The notes under the pieces: model-generated | What the model was told of the DNA's origin: nothing | The model's database searches: none | What the model saw: the letters and a program-made list of their open reading frames with translations, nothing else | Part shown: one piece after another, positions 9,789-20,306 of the stretch | How positions within the stretch are numbered: the stretch's first letter is position 1 | Layout of the letters: the number at the start of each line of letters is the position of its first letter | Assembly (NCBI GenBank): GCA_963815455.1 | Contig: CAWFGO010000001.1 | Location: 704,001-768,000 of the forward strand | Direction: 5' to 3' | From: an uncultured Verrucomicrobiae bacterium | Lineage (GTDB): Bacteria > Verrucomicrobiota > Verrucomicrobiia > Chthoniobacterales > UBA10450 | DNA: 64,000 bases | Made by a program: the position numbers and the translations under genes

Positions 9789-12448
9789 TTGTTTGGCACG
9801 CCACCGGCAAGAGCATCGCGCACGGTCGTGAGCAATTTCCCTGCATCATACGGCTTGGTCAGGAAATTTGTGACGCCGAGCGCCTGCAGATCAAGAACGT
9901 GGGCATCCTCGCCTTGGCCCGTCGAGGCAATGAACACTGCATCGGGCTTGATTTTCTGGGCCGCCTGAATGAATGCCAGGCCCTCCATTTGAGGCAGTGC
10001 AAGATCTGTAAGGATGACGTCCACCGAGTTCACCTGCCGGCCGAATATTCCCAAAGCCTCCCGGCCATCGCTCGCGCAGATTACATCGTAATTGCGCTGC
10101 TGCAGAATCGCCTTCGCGACGTGCCGTATGCTCTCTTCGTCGTCCACGATAAGAATGGTTTCACCCTTCCCTTTGGGAAATTGCCCCAGCGTCTCGGCAG
10201 CGCGGCGCGAGTCATTATCGATTTTTGCTGGGAGAAGGATCCTAAAGGTCGTCCCTTGGCCAACTTCACTCTCGACAGAAATGAAGCCACCGTGGCTCTT
10301 CACAATGCCCATCGAAGTGGATAGCCCCAGTCCTGTTCCTTTGCCTATTTCCTTAGTGGTAAAAAACGGATCGAAGATCTGGTCGATCATCGCCCGGGGC
10401 ATGCCTTGACCATTGTCTCTCACGCACAAAGCCACGTAAGATCCGGCTTTCGCGCCTGGGTTCGTCGAAGCATTGGGCTCATCGACTTCACAATTTTCCG
10501 CCTCGATGATGATCAAGCCGCCTCCGGGCATGGCGTCCCGCGCATTGACACAAAGGTTCAGCAATACTTGATGCATTTGAGTCGGATCGGCTTCAATCGA
10601 CCAAATCTCCTGCGGATAACGGCTTCGGATTTCGATTGACTTGGGAAACGTCTTGCGGGCGATGTCGATCATCTCCTCGATGAGATGGGTCGGCTTAATC
10701 AGAACGCGTTTGCCTTCGATACCCCGAGCGAAGGTGAGCACCTGCTTTACGATATTGGCTCCGCGCCGGGTACTCTCCTCGATCAGCTTGATCGTAGATT
10801 CGTTATCCTCGCCGGGATTTCGCCGCAAGACCTCTGCACACATCAGGATCGGAGTAAGGATATTGTTGAGGTCATGGGCCACGCCGCTGGCCAGTGTGCC
10901 GATGCTCTCCAGGCGCTGAGCCCGTAGCAGTTGCACCTCCAAGTTCTTTTGCTCGGTGATGTCGGCGCAGATGATCAAGACATAACGGGGCGAGCCGTCG
11001 GGATTGCGGACAAGGGTCTCGCGCATGTCACAGATTACTTCCTTGCCGTCCTTGGTCAGGTGCTTGAGTTCGCCGTGAAATTCATCGCTCGAGACCAAGG
11101 TCTCCATTATTTTCTCGACTTGCCCGGGCTCAGCCAGCGTAGTCACATCGCTCCGTCCGACCCTTTCTTCCGCGCGCCATCCAAACAAACGTTCGGCGCC
11201 CTTATTCCAAAACACGATCCGCAAGTCGTCGAAGTTGCGGATAATAATGGCATCGTGGGCGCGGTCGATGATCTCGGCTTGTTCTCGCAACCGTTGTTCG
11301 GCGCTCTTTTGCTCGGTAACGTCGATCGCCGTCACGATGCGGGCGCCTGTTCCGTCCCACACGATCGGTCCCGAGTAGATCTCAACCAACATCGGCGATC
11401 CGTCCTTCTTGAGATAACGAAGCTGCCCGCTGAAGTGAGTCTCCGTTCGCGGCGAAGTCGCTGGCTCTAGAGCGGGGAGATCCTTCACCGGGCGCAAGTC
11501 GTTGATGGTCAAGCGCAGGAATTCGTCGCGTGAATAGGCATATTGAGAAATGGCTGCCTGGTTAACGGCCAGGATCTGCAAATTTCTGGCGTCGTAAACC
11601 CACATGGGGTTTGGATTGGTTTCGAAAAGCAGCCGATATTGTTCCGCCTGTAATTTCAGGCGCGCGTCCGAGGCAAACTGTTCGGTGATATCCTTGAACG
11701 TGACAATCGTGCCGGTAACGCGATTCCGTTCGTCCCGGATCGGCGCGCAGATGTAATCGACCCGGAAGGAGCTGCGACCCTTTTGGTAAAAGAGATCGTT
11801 GGTCACGCGCCGCGTCGCGCCCTTGGCCATGCATTCGGAAATCGCGGTGTTCTTTTCGCCGGTGCCGGCCGCCCCAGTGACGCTGTGAATTGCCTTGCCC
11901 AGGAGTTCCTCCTGGTTCCAGCCAAGCAACTCGCCCGCTTTGGGATTAGCGAAACTGATCTTGCCGTCGAGATCGATTCCGCAAATCCCCTCGCCTGCGG
12001 AGTTCAAGATCAGCTGATAATCGCGCCGAAGCCTTTCGAAAGTTGCCTGGGTTCGTTTGTTTTCCTCGCGAGCCCTTTTTCTTTCGAGCGCGCTTTGGGC
12101 GGCCTGGCCCAGGCGCGTCAGTCGATCTTTCAGGAGATAATCCGCCGCGCCGGCCCGCATCGCTTCGACTGCGGTTTCCTCGCCGATACTGCCCGAAACA
12201 ATGATGAAGGGAATGTCCGGCTGATATTGATTTGCCAGCTCCAGCGCCCGCATTCCGCTGAATTGCGGCATGGAATAGTCCGACAAAATGATGTCGATGC
12301 TGGGATCGAGATTGGCGATAAATTCCGCCTCCGTCTCAACCCGGCGGCAGTCGGGAACAAAACCGGCTCGGCGCAAGTCGCGCAGCATCAATTCAACGTC
12401 GGATGGGTTATCCTCGGCAATGAGGACTTTGAGCGGGCTCTTATCCAT
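9785..12448 (-). CDS. hybrid sensor kinase REC-PAS-PAS-PAS-HisKA-HATPase-REC
   Basis: N- and C-terminal receivers, three PAS/PAC blocks, H-box [20 protein letters not shown]; likely ATG at 12448. Confidence 0.93.
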   Translation of the reverse strand: MDKSPLKVLIAEDNPSDVELMLRDLRRAGFVPDCRRVETEAEFIANLDPSIDIILSDYSMPQFSGMRALELANQYQPDIPFIIVSGSIGEETAVEAMRAGAADYLLKDRLTRLGQAAQSALERKRAREENKRTQATFERLRRDYQLILNSAGEGICGIDLDGKISFANPKAGELLGWNQEELLGKAIHSVTGAAGTGEKNTAISECMAKGATRRVTNDLFYQKGRSSFRVDYICAPIRDERNRVTGTIVTFKDITEQFASDARLKLQAEQYRLLFETNPNPMWVYDARNLQILAVNQAAISQYAYSRDEFLRLTINDLRPVKDLPALEPATSPRTETHFSGQLRYLKKDGSPMLVEIYSGPIVWDGTGARIVTAIDVTEQKSAEQRLREQAEIIDRAHDAIIIRNFDDLRIVFWNKGAERLFGWRAEERVGRSDVTTLAEPGQVEKIMETLVSSDEFHGELKHLTKDGKEVICDMRETLVRNPDGSPRYVLIICADITEQKNLEVQLLRAQRLESIGTLASGVAHDLNNILTPILMCAEVLRRNPGEDNESTIKLIEESTRRGANIVKQVLTFARGIEGKRVLIKPTHLIEEMIDIARKTFPKSIEIRSRYPQEIWSIEADPTQMHQVLLNLCVNARDAMPGGGLIIIEAENCEVDEPNASTNPGAKAGSYVALCVRDNGQGMPRAMIDQIFDPFFTTKEIGKGTGLGLSTSMGIVKSHGGFISVESEVGQGTTFRILLPAKIDNDSRRAAETLGQFPKGKGETILIVDDEESIRHVAKAILQQRNYDVICASDGREALGIFGRQVNSVDVILTDLALPQMEGLAFIQAAQKIKPDAVFIASTGQGEDAHVLDLQALGVTNFLTKPYDAGKLLTTVRDALAGGVPNN

Positions 12449-12893
12449 CGATTTTGGGCGGCTGATTGAGCAGAAGCCAATAGAGTCCCAGCTCCCTGAC
12501 CGCGTCGACAAAACCCTCGAAGTTAACCGGCTTGACCGCGTAACTGTTCACACCCAGCCGATAGCTTTCGACAATGTCCTTCTGTTCTTTCGAGGAGGTG
12601 AGAACGACAACCGGAATGGTCTTGGTCCTCGGGTCGCTCTTGATCTTTTCCAGCACTTCCAGGCCATCCACCTTTGGCAGTTTTAAATCGAGGAGCACGA
12701 CCTTGGGGCTGTTCTCGATCTTGCGCGCGGCATACGGTCCGGTGCAAAAAATGTAGTCGAGCGCCTCGGCGCCATCGCGGGCGACTTGAATACGATTCGC
12801 GAGGTTGCTCTTGCGCAGTGCCCGCAGGGTCAATTCGAGATCCTCCGGATTATCTTCGACGACCAGAATTTCTACGACGTTTTGCTCATTCAT
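12441..12893 (-). CDS. single-domain response regulator (Rcp1-like)
   Basis: [33 protein letters not shown]. Confidence 0.93.
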   Translation of the reverse strand: MNEQNVVEILVVEDNPEDLELTLRALRKSNLANRIQVARDGAEALDYIFCTGPYAARKIENSPKVVLLDLKLPKVDGLEVLEKIKSDPRTKTIPVVVLTSSKEQKDIVESYRLGVNSYAVKPVNFEGFVDAVRELGLYWLLLNQPPKIDG

Positions 12894-15400
12894 GATTGTT
12901 TTTCATTTGCCGCCGGCACGGCCGCTTCTATACCGAGCTTGAAATAAAACTTCGCTCCGCCATCGAGTTCCGCTTCTGCCCACACCCGACCGCCATGTCG
13001 ATGAACGATTCGCTGGACGATGGCCAGCCCCACACCTGTGCCCTCAAATTCTTCCGCCCGATGCAATCTTTGAAAAACGCCAAAGAGCTTGTGCGCGTAT
13101 TGCATGTCGAACCCCACGCCATTGTCGGAAATGAAATAGACGGGCTCGCCGTTTTCCAAGGTCGATCCAATTTCGACGAGCGCCTTCTCCCGTTTGCGCG
13201 TGTACTTATGCGCATTCGAAATCAGATTTATCCAGACCTGCTTCAGCAGGGCGGGGTCACCATGGCATTGCGGCAGCTCGCCAACGCGCAGGTCGAGGGC
13301 CCGATCTCCCTCCTGAGCACGCAACTGGTCGAGGACCTCGCGGACAAGCGTCATCATGCTGACCGCTTGCTTATTTAATGGCACCCGGCTCAAGCGCGAG
13401 AATGTAAGCAAATCGTCGATCAAAGCTCCCATTCGCTGGGCTCCCTGGCGGATCGTTTCCAAATATTTCCGGCCCTCCTTTGGCAGCATCTCGCCGTAAT
13501 CTTCCAATAACGCCTGGGAAAAGCCGTCCACGGCGCGAAGGGGCGACCGCAAATCGTGCGAAACCGAATAGGAAAACGCTTCCAGTTCCTTGTTGGCTGC
13601 TTCCAGCTCGGCCGTGCGCCCAGCCACGCGGTTTTCCAAATCGGCGTTCAATTGATGAATTTCTTGCTCCGCGCATTTGCGCTCGGTGATGTCGTCAATC
13701 GTAACGATCACAATGAACGGTTTCCCGGCGCCATCGTGGACAAAGGTGCCGCCGTAATTAAAAACGCGACGCCAATCGGTCCCGAGCCGATGCACCCTCA
13801 GTTCCAGGTTCCTGAGATCCTCACCGCGCAAAATCCGGGCCAGAGGCCATTCCTCAATACCAAGAACAGTCCCATCGAGCGTGGAGAGCTCGAAGGTATC
13901 GACCAAATCCGGAAAGCGCCGGTGATCCTGGGTTTGCTCCGGATAGCCGTGCACTTTCAGGGCTGCCGGATTCCAGTGGAGCAAATTTCCGTTCAGATCG
14001 GATACCACGATTCCCTCATCGAGGTTCTCGACGATGGTTTGCAGCTGTGCCTGGCTCTCCCGCAGCGCCGTCTCGCTTTGTGCCCGCTCGGCCAAACCGG
14101 CGTTGAGTAAGAAGACGGCCAATGTCAAAACCGCCAGAGTGACGAACACGCCGAAAGGCAGGAGCAAAAATGTGGCAATGGCGGCTGCCTCCACGCCTTT
14201 TCGGTCGCTCCCAAGGAGCTTGTATTCCTCGGTTACCATTTCTTTGAGCCGCTCATGAATTCCGTCCACCAGCCGGATTCCGGCGCCGGTCGCGACCATC
14301 TCAGCGGCATTCGACAGACCTTTTTCCCGCCGTGCCTCGATCACTTTTTCCTCCCACTCGATTCGTTCTTTCAGTAACGATTCAACTTCGTCGAGACGCC
14401 GCTGTTGATCCGGATTCGCGATTGTCGATTTGCGCACCGTATCAAGCCCTTTGGCCAAGGCCTCTTTAATTTCGGCGCGCTCGCTCAGCAAACGTTCCTC
14501 TCCCAAAATAACGTAGAGCCGCTCAGTATTAAGCAACTCCGCCACGCCGGCTTTGCCTGCTTCAAGCTCCTTCAGAGTCTCCTGGCGATGCGTTACCGAA
14601 GCATTCGCCTGCAGCATTTGCACGGCAAAATTGAATGCAACCGCGGTAGTTAACGAAGCCAACAAAATGCCCGCAATAAACGCCACAGTGGTCACCCGAC
14701 CCAGCGACCATTCTAATCCTCCTCCGCTTCGGATGAGCGCCAATAGCCCGGCGCCCAGGATCAGGAAACTTGCCGCCCCGACGATCCCCGAAACCGACAT
14801 CCCGAGAAAATTCCATTTGGGACCCAGCAATGCTTCCAGGCCGAGTCCCGCCAACGGCAGGATCCCGACAAGGGCTGAGGCTGCGCCCAGGCCGGCAATA
14901 AGAGGAAAGCTCAAGTGACGCGGCATCCTCCGCTCGGATGCGGTCAGGAGCGCACCGGCCACCAGGACGAAACCAAGTGCGGTGACCGGATTCATCCGTC
15001 CCGGCGCCAAGAGCCCGTTCGACGTGACGCCTGGCACCAGCCAGCGATCGATCCCAATGTCCCAATTCAGGAAATATTCGCACAGGGTCAATGCGCCCAT
15101 CGCCAGCACCAGCGCCGACGCACCCCCGGCGAACAGGCGGCCATAGCGAAGGCCACCGCTATCCTGTTTCCCGGCCGACAACAGAGTTAACGCTACCCCG
15201 CAAAGCAGAAAGCCCGCGCCCATGTTCGGCTTCAGCGGCACAACCCCCGGAATGATGCTCTTCAGGATCTCGATGTTTAGCCACCAGCCAATCAAAACGA
15301 AGCTGCCAAGGAGGATCGACAGTATCCCGGCGATCAGGGCAAAAAGTCGAGCCCGCCGGGCAGGAATAAACCGTTGCCCGGCGGGCAGGACCGACCTCAT
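12890..15400 (-). CDS. membrane sensor histidine kinase (multi-TM, CHASE3, PAS, Cph1-type kinase core)
   Basis: About 7 N-terminal TMs, CHASE3-like NPDQQRRL segment, [34 protein letters not shown]; start uncertain (15400 or 15529). Confidence 0.9.
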   Translation of the reverse strand: MRSVLPAGQRFIPARRARLFALIAGILSILLGSFVLIGWWLNIEILKSIIPGVVPLKPNMGAGFLLCGVALTLLSAGKQDSGGLRYGRLFAGGASALVLAMGALTLCEYFLNWDIGIDRWLVPGVTSNGLLAPGRMNPVTALGFVLVAGALLTASERRMPRHLSFPLIAGLGAASALVGILPLAGLGLEALLGPKWNFLGMSVSGIVGAASFLILGAGLLALIRSGGGLEWSLGRVTTVAFIAGILLASLTTAVAFNFAVQMLQANASVTHRQETLKELEAGKAGVAELLNTERLYVILGEERLLSERAEIKEALAKGLDTVRKSTIANPDQQRRLDEVESLLKERIEWEEKVIEARREKGLSNAAEMVATGAGIRLVDGIHERLKEMVTEEYKLLGSDRKGVEAAAIATFLLLPFGVFVTLAVLTLAVFLLNAGLAERAQSETALRESQAQLQTIVENLDEGIVVSDLNGNLLHWNPAALKVHGYPEQTQDHRRFPDLVDTFELSTLDGTVLGIEEWPLARILRGEDLRNLELRVHRLGTDWRRVFNYGGTFVHDGAGKPFIVIVTIDDITERKCAEQEIHQLNADLENRVAGRTAELEAANKELEAFSYSVSHDLRSPLRAVDGFSQALLEDYGEMLPKEGRKYLETIRQGAQRMGALIDDLLTFSRLSRVPLNKQAVSMMTLVREVLDQLRAQEGDRALDLRVGELPQCHGDPALLKQVWINLISNAHKYTRKREKALVEIGSTLENGEPVYFISDNGVGFDMQYAHKLFGVFQRLHRAEEFEGTGVGLAIVQRIVHRHGGRVWAEAELDGGAKFYFKLGIEAAVPAANEKQS

Positions 15401-15650
15401 GTTAGGAGGAATTTCGCTGGGACGATTCGACCAGGGAACACCTGGGTGTAGCCCCGCTTCACCGCCTGAAAGCCGGGCGGTAAAATTTTGGTCCGGAGCA
15501 ATGGTCAAACTGGAACAGAATTTGGACATGTTAGGGCTGAGTCAGGGCCCCCTTTTCGGGAACTCTTGGAGAATCTGTCTGGGTTACGAAAGCATGGCTC
15601 GTTCCAGTAGGATTTTAAAAAGGCGTTTGCCACGGTGTTGAACTCCATTT

Positions 15651-15995
15651 ATGTCACAGCCCATGGACATATCTCTCAAAGACTTGGAACAAGCCGTCGC
15701 GATTCGCCGGCAAATTGATTCTCTCGAACAGCGGTTTCGCTCAATTATCGGTGGCCGCGCCGGCGCCGCAGCGCCGGCCCGCGTAACCCGAAGAGGCGGG
15801 AAACGAAGAGTCTCCGCGGCCACACGAGCCAAGCTCGCGGCGGCGGCGAGAGCGCGATGGGCTCGAGCAAAAGGCGGCAAGGGCGCAGCTCGCGGTTCCA
15901 GGAAAAAGAGCGGTCTCACTGCCGCTGGCCGGCGCAGGCTTTCTCAACTGATGAAGGCGCGCTGGGCCGCGCGACGAAGAGCGAAGAGGAGTTAG
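15651..15995 (+). CDS. small very basic protein, candidate nucleoid-associated protein
   Basis: N-terminal coiled coil plus two [ST]AAxRxxL....[RK]ARWA repeats; Arg/Lys/Ala-rich. Confidence 0.8.
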   Translation: MSQPMDISLKDLEQAVAIRRQIDSLEQRFRSIIGGRAGAAAPARVTRRGGKRRVSAATRAKLAAAARARWARAKGGKGAARGSRKKSGLTAAGRRRLSQLMKARWAARRRAKRS

Positions 15996-16017
15996 CCTAA
16001 CCAGGGCCGCAACCCTT

Positions 16018-16062
16018 TTGTCATCCCGCCTGCCCGCCGTGGCGGGAGCACAGCGATGACAA
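16018..16062. repeat. hairpin/palindromic element between convergent genes (possible terminator)
   Basis: ttgtcatc/gatgacaa outer stem, cccgcc/ggcggg inner stem. Confidence 0.55.
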
Positions 16063-16071
16063 GTCAGGTCG

Positions 16072-19000
16072 TTACAACGCTGCGACTTTTGCCGGCGGCA
16101 CGGCAATCGCCGGCTGGCCTTTGGACTTGAGCGAGCCGTTCAGGATCGACAACTCTTTGCCCAGCAGCTGGTCGAAATCCTTGGCGACATCGTCCAATTC
16201 TTTTCTCAGAGTATCGATGTAAGCAATTTGATAGTCCGCCGGTTTCCCTTCGTAACTGAGAAGAGAGCCGTAAAGCTGGTCGGTGTGCTCACGAATTCGC
16301 TCCTCGCCCGTGATCGCGCCGCCCTCCGTGGTCGCGACAATCTTCTTGCGGACGCTGTCGATCTTCTTATCGAACTCGGCAATTGTTTTCCGAAGCGGGT
16401 CAGCGTTCTTTAACGCCTTGACCCGCTTGGCCAACTCGCCGCGCACAGACAAGATCCGGTCCATCAGCGCGCTTTCATCGCCGAACAACACGTGCACTCG
16501 CATCGCGGCGTCGTACTGCGCTTTGCGATCGGCTTCGCTAAACTTGGCCCGGCTGTCCAACCCCACTGTCAATTTTGTTTCCGACGCCTTTCCGTTTTTG
16601 GTCAGGCGCACGGTGTAGTCGCCGGGAAGGAGTCGCGGCCCGACAATGCCGGCGAAGGCAATTTGTGCCGCCGGCGGGACGCGAGGCGGTTTTTCCCGCA
16701 TGGCCCAGACTACACGGTTCAAACCCGGCCGCTTGCTGGCCGGAAGTTGATCAATCACGCGGCCGGACGCGTCCAGGACCTCGAGCTTCAACTTGCCAAA
16801 GAGATGCCGGGAACGCTGGTAGTAATTAATCACCGCGCCGTCCGGTGGATTGTTGCCCACGAATACGGCCTCGCCATTGGCCCAGCCGCCGTTTGCCTCG
16901 ATGCGCTGTTGCGATGGACGCGCAGAAACAAACGCGGCTTCCTGCGCCAGGAGCTCGGGGGTCAACGCGCGCCACGGCGTGATGTCGTCGATGATCCATA
17001 TGCCGCGGCCGTGCGTCGCCAGAACGAGATCGTTATCCCGCGGTTGAATTGCCAGATCGCGCACCGCGACCGCGGGAAAATGATTGCCCTTGAACTGAGC
17101 CCAGTCTTTTCCGCCGTCGATCGAAACCCAAAGCCCGAATTCGGTGCCGACAAAAAGTAAATTGGGCGAAACCAGATCTTCCTTGATCACGTGGGCATAA
17201 CCGCGAACGCTTTTTGCGTCCTGCGCGGTGATCAGCGGCGTCCAGGTCTTGCCGTAATCGTTCGTGCGGAAAACGTACGGCGCCATGTCTCCGAAGGTAT
17301 GTCGATCGAACGCGGCGTAGGCAGTGCCGGCGTCGAAGTTGCTCGCCTGGACCCAGCTCAGCCAAGAATTTTTCGGCAGACCGGGCACGTTGCCGACCAC
17401 GTTCGTCCAGGTTTTTCCGCCGTCCCGGGTGAGTTGCAGATTGCCGTCATCTGTCCCGACCCAGATGAGCGACTTGTCCTTGGGCGACTCGCTGATGGAA
17501 TAAATCGTCGTGTGCATCTCGGCCGAGGAATTGTCGATGGTCACGCCGCCTGATTGTTCCTGCTTCTGCTTTTCCGGATCGTTGGTGGTCAGGTCGGGCG
17601 AGATTCGTTCCCAGGTCTGACCCTGATCTCGCGACCGGAAGAGAAACTGGGCGCCAATGTAGATCGTCCCCTTTTCATTCGGTGAGAGCGCAATCGGCGC
17701 ATTCCAGTTAAAGCGCAGTTTCTCTTTATAGTTAGGCGTTGGCTTGATTTCGCGCGCCTCGTGCGTGTGTCGATTGACGCGTCCGATAATTCCACCCTGG
17801 TACTCCGCGTAGATGTAGTCCGGATCGGCCGGGTCTTGAAACATCCAGAAGCCGTCGCCGTTGAACATGTTTTCCCAGCGCGAGTTGGTAATGCCGCCGG
17901 GATATTGCGAATCGCCCACCCACGAACTGTTGTCCTGCAAGCCGCCGTAAACATGATACGGATCGTCGTTATCCACGCTCACATGATAAAACTGCGACAC
18001 CGGGAGATTTTCGGCTTTCCACCATTTGCTCCCGCCGTTGTAAGAATACCAGATCCCGCCGTCGTCGCCGGAAATGACCGTCTGCGGATTTGTCGGGTCG
18101 ATCCAGACGTCGTGGACGTCGCCATGGGCGCCTTGGAATCCGCCTACTACCGCAAAGCTCTTGCCCGCATCCTCGCTCAAGATCAGCGCGCCATCGGGTT
18201 TGAACACGCGGTCCGGATTTTTAGGATCGACAGTCAGGTTCGCAAAATAAAATGGGCGCCACACCATCCAGCTACTCTTGTCGCGTTTGTCCCAGGTCGC
18301 GCCGCCGTCGTCGGAAACAAACAGCGCGCTATCGGGCGATTCGACAAAACAGTAAACGCGCTTGGCGTTGGATGGGGCGACAGCGATCGCCAGACGGCCA
18401 TATGGCTTCTTCGGGAAACCCTTGCTGTTCTCGGGAGTAATTTCCGTCCAGGTATTGCCGCCATCGCCCGAACGAAATAAGCCGCTGGCGGAAGGCTTGT
18501 CCGGCCCGTCCCCGCCGGAGCGATACCCCCAGCCTGTCCGCCGAAAATCCCACATGCAGGCAAACATCACGTCCGGGTTCGCCGGATCGAGAGCGATCGA
18601 CGTGCACCCGGTGGAAAGATTGCCGCCTTTCAAAACCAGGCTCCAAGTCTTGCCGCCATCGGTCGTCTTGTAGAGACCGCGATCGGGCGAATCGCTCCAG
18701 AGCGCGCCCGGCACGGCCGCGAATACGGTGTCGCTGTTTTTCGGGCTGACCGCGATTTTGCCGATGCGCTCCGATTTTTCCAAACCGACATGGGTCCACG
18801 TCTCGCCGCCGTCGGTTGACTTATAAATGCCGTCGCCAATCGAAATACTGTTGCGGGTCCAACATTCGCCGGTCCCGACCCAGACGTTTTTCGAATTGTT
18901 TGGATCGAGGGCGATCGCACCGATGGACTGCGCTGTTTGCTCGTCGAACACCGGCCGGTAACGCGTCCCGCTGTCTTCCGATTTCCAAACACCGCCGCTG

Positions 19001-19203
19001 GCTGCGCCAACGAAGAGCGTGAGTTTCCCGGAAGGCTCGCGCTTTCCTGCGAGCGCGGAGATGCGGCCGCTCATTGCAGCCGAGCCGATATTGCGCGCGC
19101 CCAAGCCGGAAATTGTTGAGGAACTAAACGGCGCCTGCTCGGAATGAACAGCAACCGGTGCGATACTCATTGCGACGGAAACGATCAAGAAAAGAGAGCG
19201 CAT
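16072..19203 (-). CDS. secreted BNR/Asp-box (VPS10/sortilin-like) beta-propeller glycosyl hydrolase family protein
   Basis: Signal peptide; many SxDGGxTW Asp-boxes; GGLQDN, RFNWNAP, ATHGRG motifs; helical C-terminus. Confidence 0.9.
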   Translation of the reverse strand: MRSLFLIVSVAMSIAPVAVHSEQAPFSSSTISGLGARNIGSAAMSGRISALAGKREPSGKLTLFVGAASGGVWKSEDSGTRYRPVFDEQTAQSIGAIALDPNNSKNVWVGTGECWTRNSISIGDGIYKSTDGGETWTHVGLEKSERIGKIAVSPKNSDTVFAAVPGALWSDSPDRGLYKTTDGGKTWSLVLKGGNLSTGCTSIALDPANPDVMFACMWDFRRTGWGYRSGGDGPDKPSASGLFRSGDGGNTWTEITPENSKGFPKKPYGRLAIAVAPSNAKRVYCFVESPDSALFVSDDGGATWDKRDKSSWMVWRPFYFANLTVDPKNPDRVFKPDGALILSEDAGKSFAVVGGFQGAHGDVHDVWIDPTNPQTVISGDDGGIWYSYNGGSKWWKAENLPVSQFYHVSVDNDDPYHVYGGLQDNSSWVGDSQYPGGITNSRWENMFNGDGFWMFQDPADPDYIYAEYQGGIIGRVNRHTHEAREIKPTPNYKEKLRFNWNAPIALSPNEKGTIYIGAQFLFRSRDQGQTWERISPDLTTNDPEKQKQEQSGGVTIDNSSAEMHTTIYSISESPKDKSLIWVGTDDGNLQLTRDGGKTWTNVVGNVPGLPKNSWLSWVQASNFDAGTAYAAFDRHTFGDMAPYVFRTNDYGKTWTPLITAQDAKSVRGYAHVIKEDLVSPNLLFVGTEFGLWVSIDGGKDWAQFKGNHFPAVAVRDLAIQPRDNDLVLATHGRGIWIIDDITPWRALTPELLAQEAAFVSARPSQQRIEANGGWANGEAVFVGNNPPDGAVINYYQRSRHLFGKLKLEVLDASGRVIDQLPASKRPGLNRVVWAMREKPPRVPPAAQIAFAGIVGPRLLPGDYTVRLTKNGKASETKLTVGLDSRAKFSEADRKAQYDAAMRVHVLFGDESALMDRILSVRGELAKRVKALKNADPLRKTIAEFDKKIDSVRKKIVATTEGGAITGEERIREHTDQLYGSLLSYEGKPADYQIAYIDTLRKELDDVAKDFDQLLGKELSILNGSLKSKGQPAIAVPPAKVAAL

Positions 19204-19212
19204 GAGAATAGA

Positions 19213-19980
19213 TTACTTCGAAGACGCGGGAAACCGGAAGATGGCATCGTCAACGGGCACATTCGCCTCCGCCTTTTCGATGACTACCTTCTGTTTGTCC
19301 GTATCGCCCTTTTGGCCGGACTCAATCGAAAATGGAATAAAGACGCCGTTCACTTTTTCGTAGTCGCCCAGGTCGGTTTCATCCTCCACCTGCGCGCCAT
19401 GCTTCATTCGCTGGGTCAGGATTCGAATTTCGAGGAAGTGGTCCGGATCGAGATAAACAAAACTGACGTCGCCGTTCTTACGCACCACTTTCAATTTATG
19501 GGCAAGCGTACCATCGACATCTTCCGTCCCGAGATAGGTGACGGCACTTCCTTTGTTTTTCCAATCAACCAACGGCCCGTCTATCTCCGCTTCCTCGACC
19601 AGTTCCTTCAGATCGTCAGCCGACATTTTTTCCGGATCTCTCCGACCGCGGAACGGCGAAATGGTCCAAGCCTCCTTGCCGTCGCTGGCCACGATCTGGG
19701 TCATCCCCTGAAGAGAAAATTCGTCGCGCACTTCGTCCGGTCGTTTTTTGGTTTGTAGATAAGCAGCTTCGATCTGCCCCTGATTCAAAAGCATCTTGCC
19801 GGTGAGCCGCAGAGATTTCAGGGCGTTTAAGGCCTCGGCGCCACCTTTGGCTTCGACATTCTTCGCGACCAACTCGTCGACCGTGATTGATTTCTGCTCC
19901 TGGGAAAAACCGGGCGAGGCGGCGAGGGCGAAGATGGCGCTAAGAAATACGAGGCGTGAACGCATACGTGAGTTGGGCAT
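19213..19980 (-). CDS. secreted LolA-like/outer-membrane lipoprotein-sorting fold protein
   Basis: Signal peptide; EAKGGAEAL, DYEKVNGVFIPF, NVPVDDAIF pattern; co-oriented with the BNR gene. Confidence 0.7.
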   Translation of the reverse strand: MPNSRMRSRLVFLSAIFALAASPGFSQEQKSITVDELVAKNVEAKGGAEALNALKSLRLTGKMLLNQGQIEAAYLQTKKRPDEVRDEFSLQGMTQIVASDGKEAWTISPFRGRRDPEKMSADDLKELVEEAEIDGPLVDWKNKGSAVTYLGTEDVDGTLAHKLKVVRKNGDVSFVYLDPDHFLEIRILTQRMKHGAQVEDETDLGDYEKVNGVFIPFSIESGQKGDTDKQKVVIEKAEANVPVDDAIFRFPASSK

Positions 19981-20079
19981 TACGAGTAGTGGGTCTTTAG
20001 ATTCCTGTAAACCTGATTGTGTTCACAAGAATATAGATTCGATGCGGGCGCAAATGTTTTGGATTCAACTACTTTGTAG

Positions 20080-20160
20080 TGCTCGCGAGAGGAGTTGAAC
20101 CTCCACGGGTTTCCCCATACGGTCCTGAGCCGTACGCGTCTGCCATTCCGCCACGCGAGC
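20080..20160 (-). tRNA. tRNA-Leu(CAG)
   Basis: Reverse complement GCTCGCGTGGCGGAATGGCAGACGCG-TACGG CTCAGGA CCGTA-long variable arm-GGAGGTTCAACTCCTCTCGCGAGCA; CCA not encoded. Confidence 0.97.
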
Positions 20161-20306
20161 AAATAGGAGCGGCTCCTAAAATGCGCAGCGACCGAAGAGC
20201 CGCAAGGCCAAACCGGACCGCAACCTCTGCGAAGCGGCAGGCCCGCCCGAAACCGGAGCCATCGACCCCGGCCACAGCGAAAGGCAAATCGGGAAACAGC
20301 CGGCCG

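Noticed and set aside
9785..20160. Genomic island integrated at tRNA-Leu
   Set aside because: No integrase, no duplicated tRNA 3' end noticed, and no obvious composition shift.
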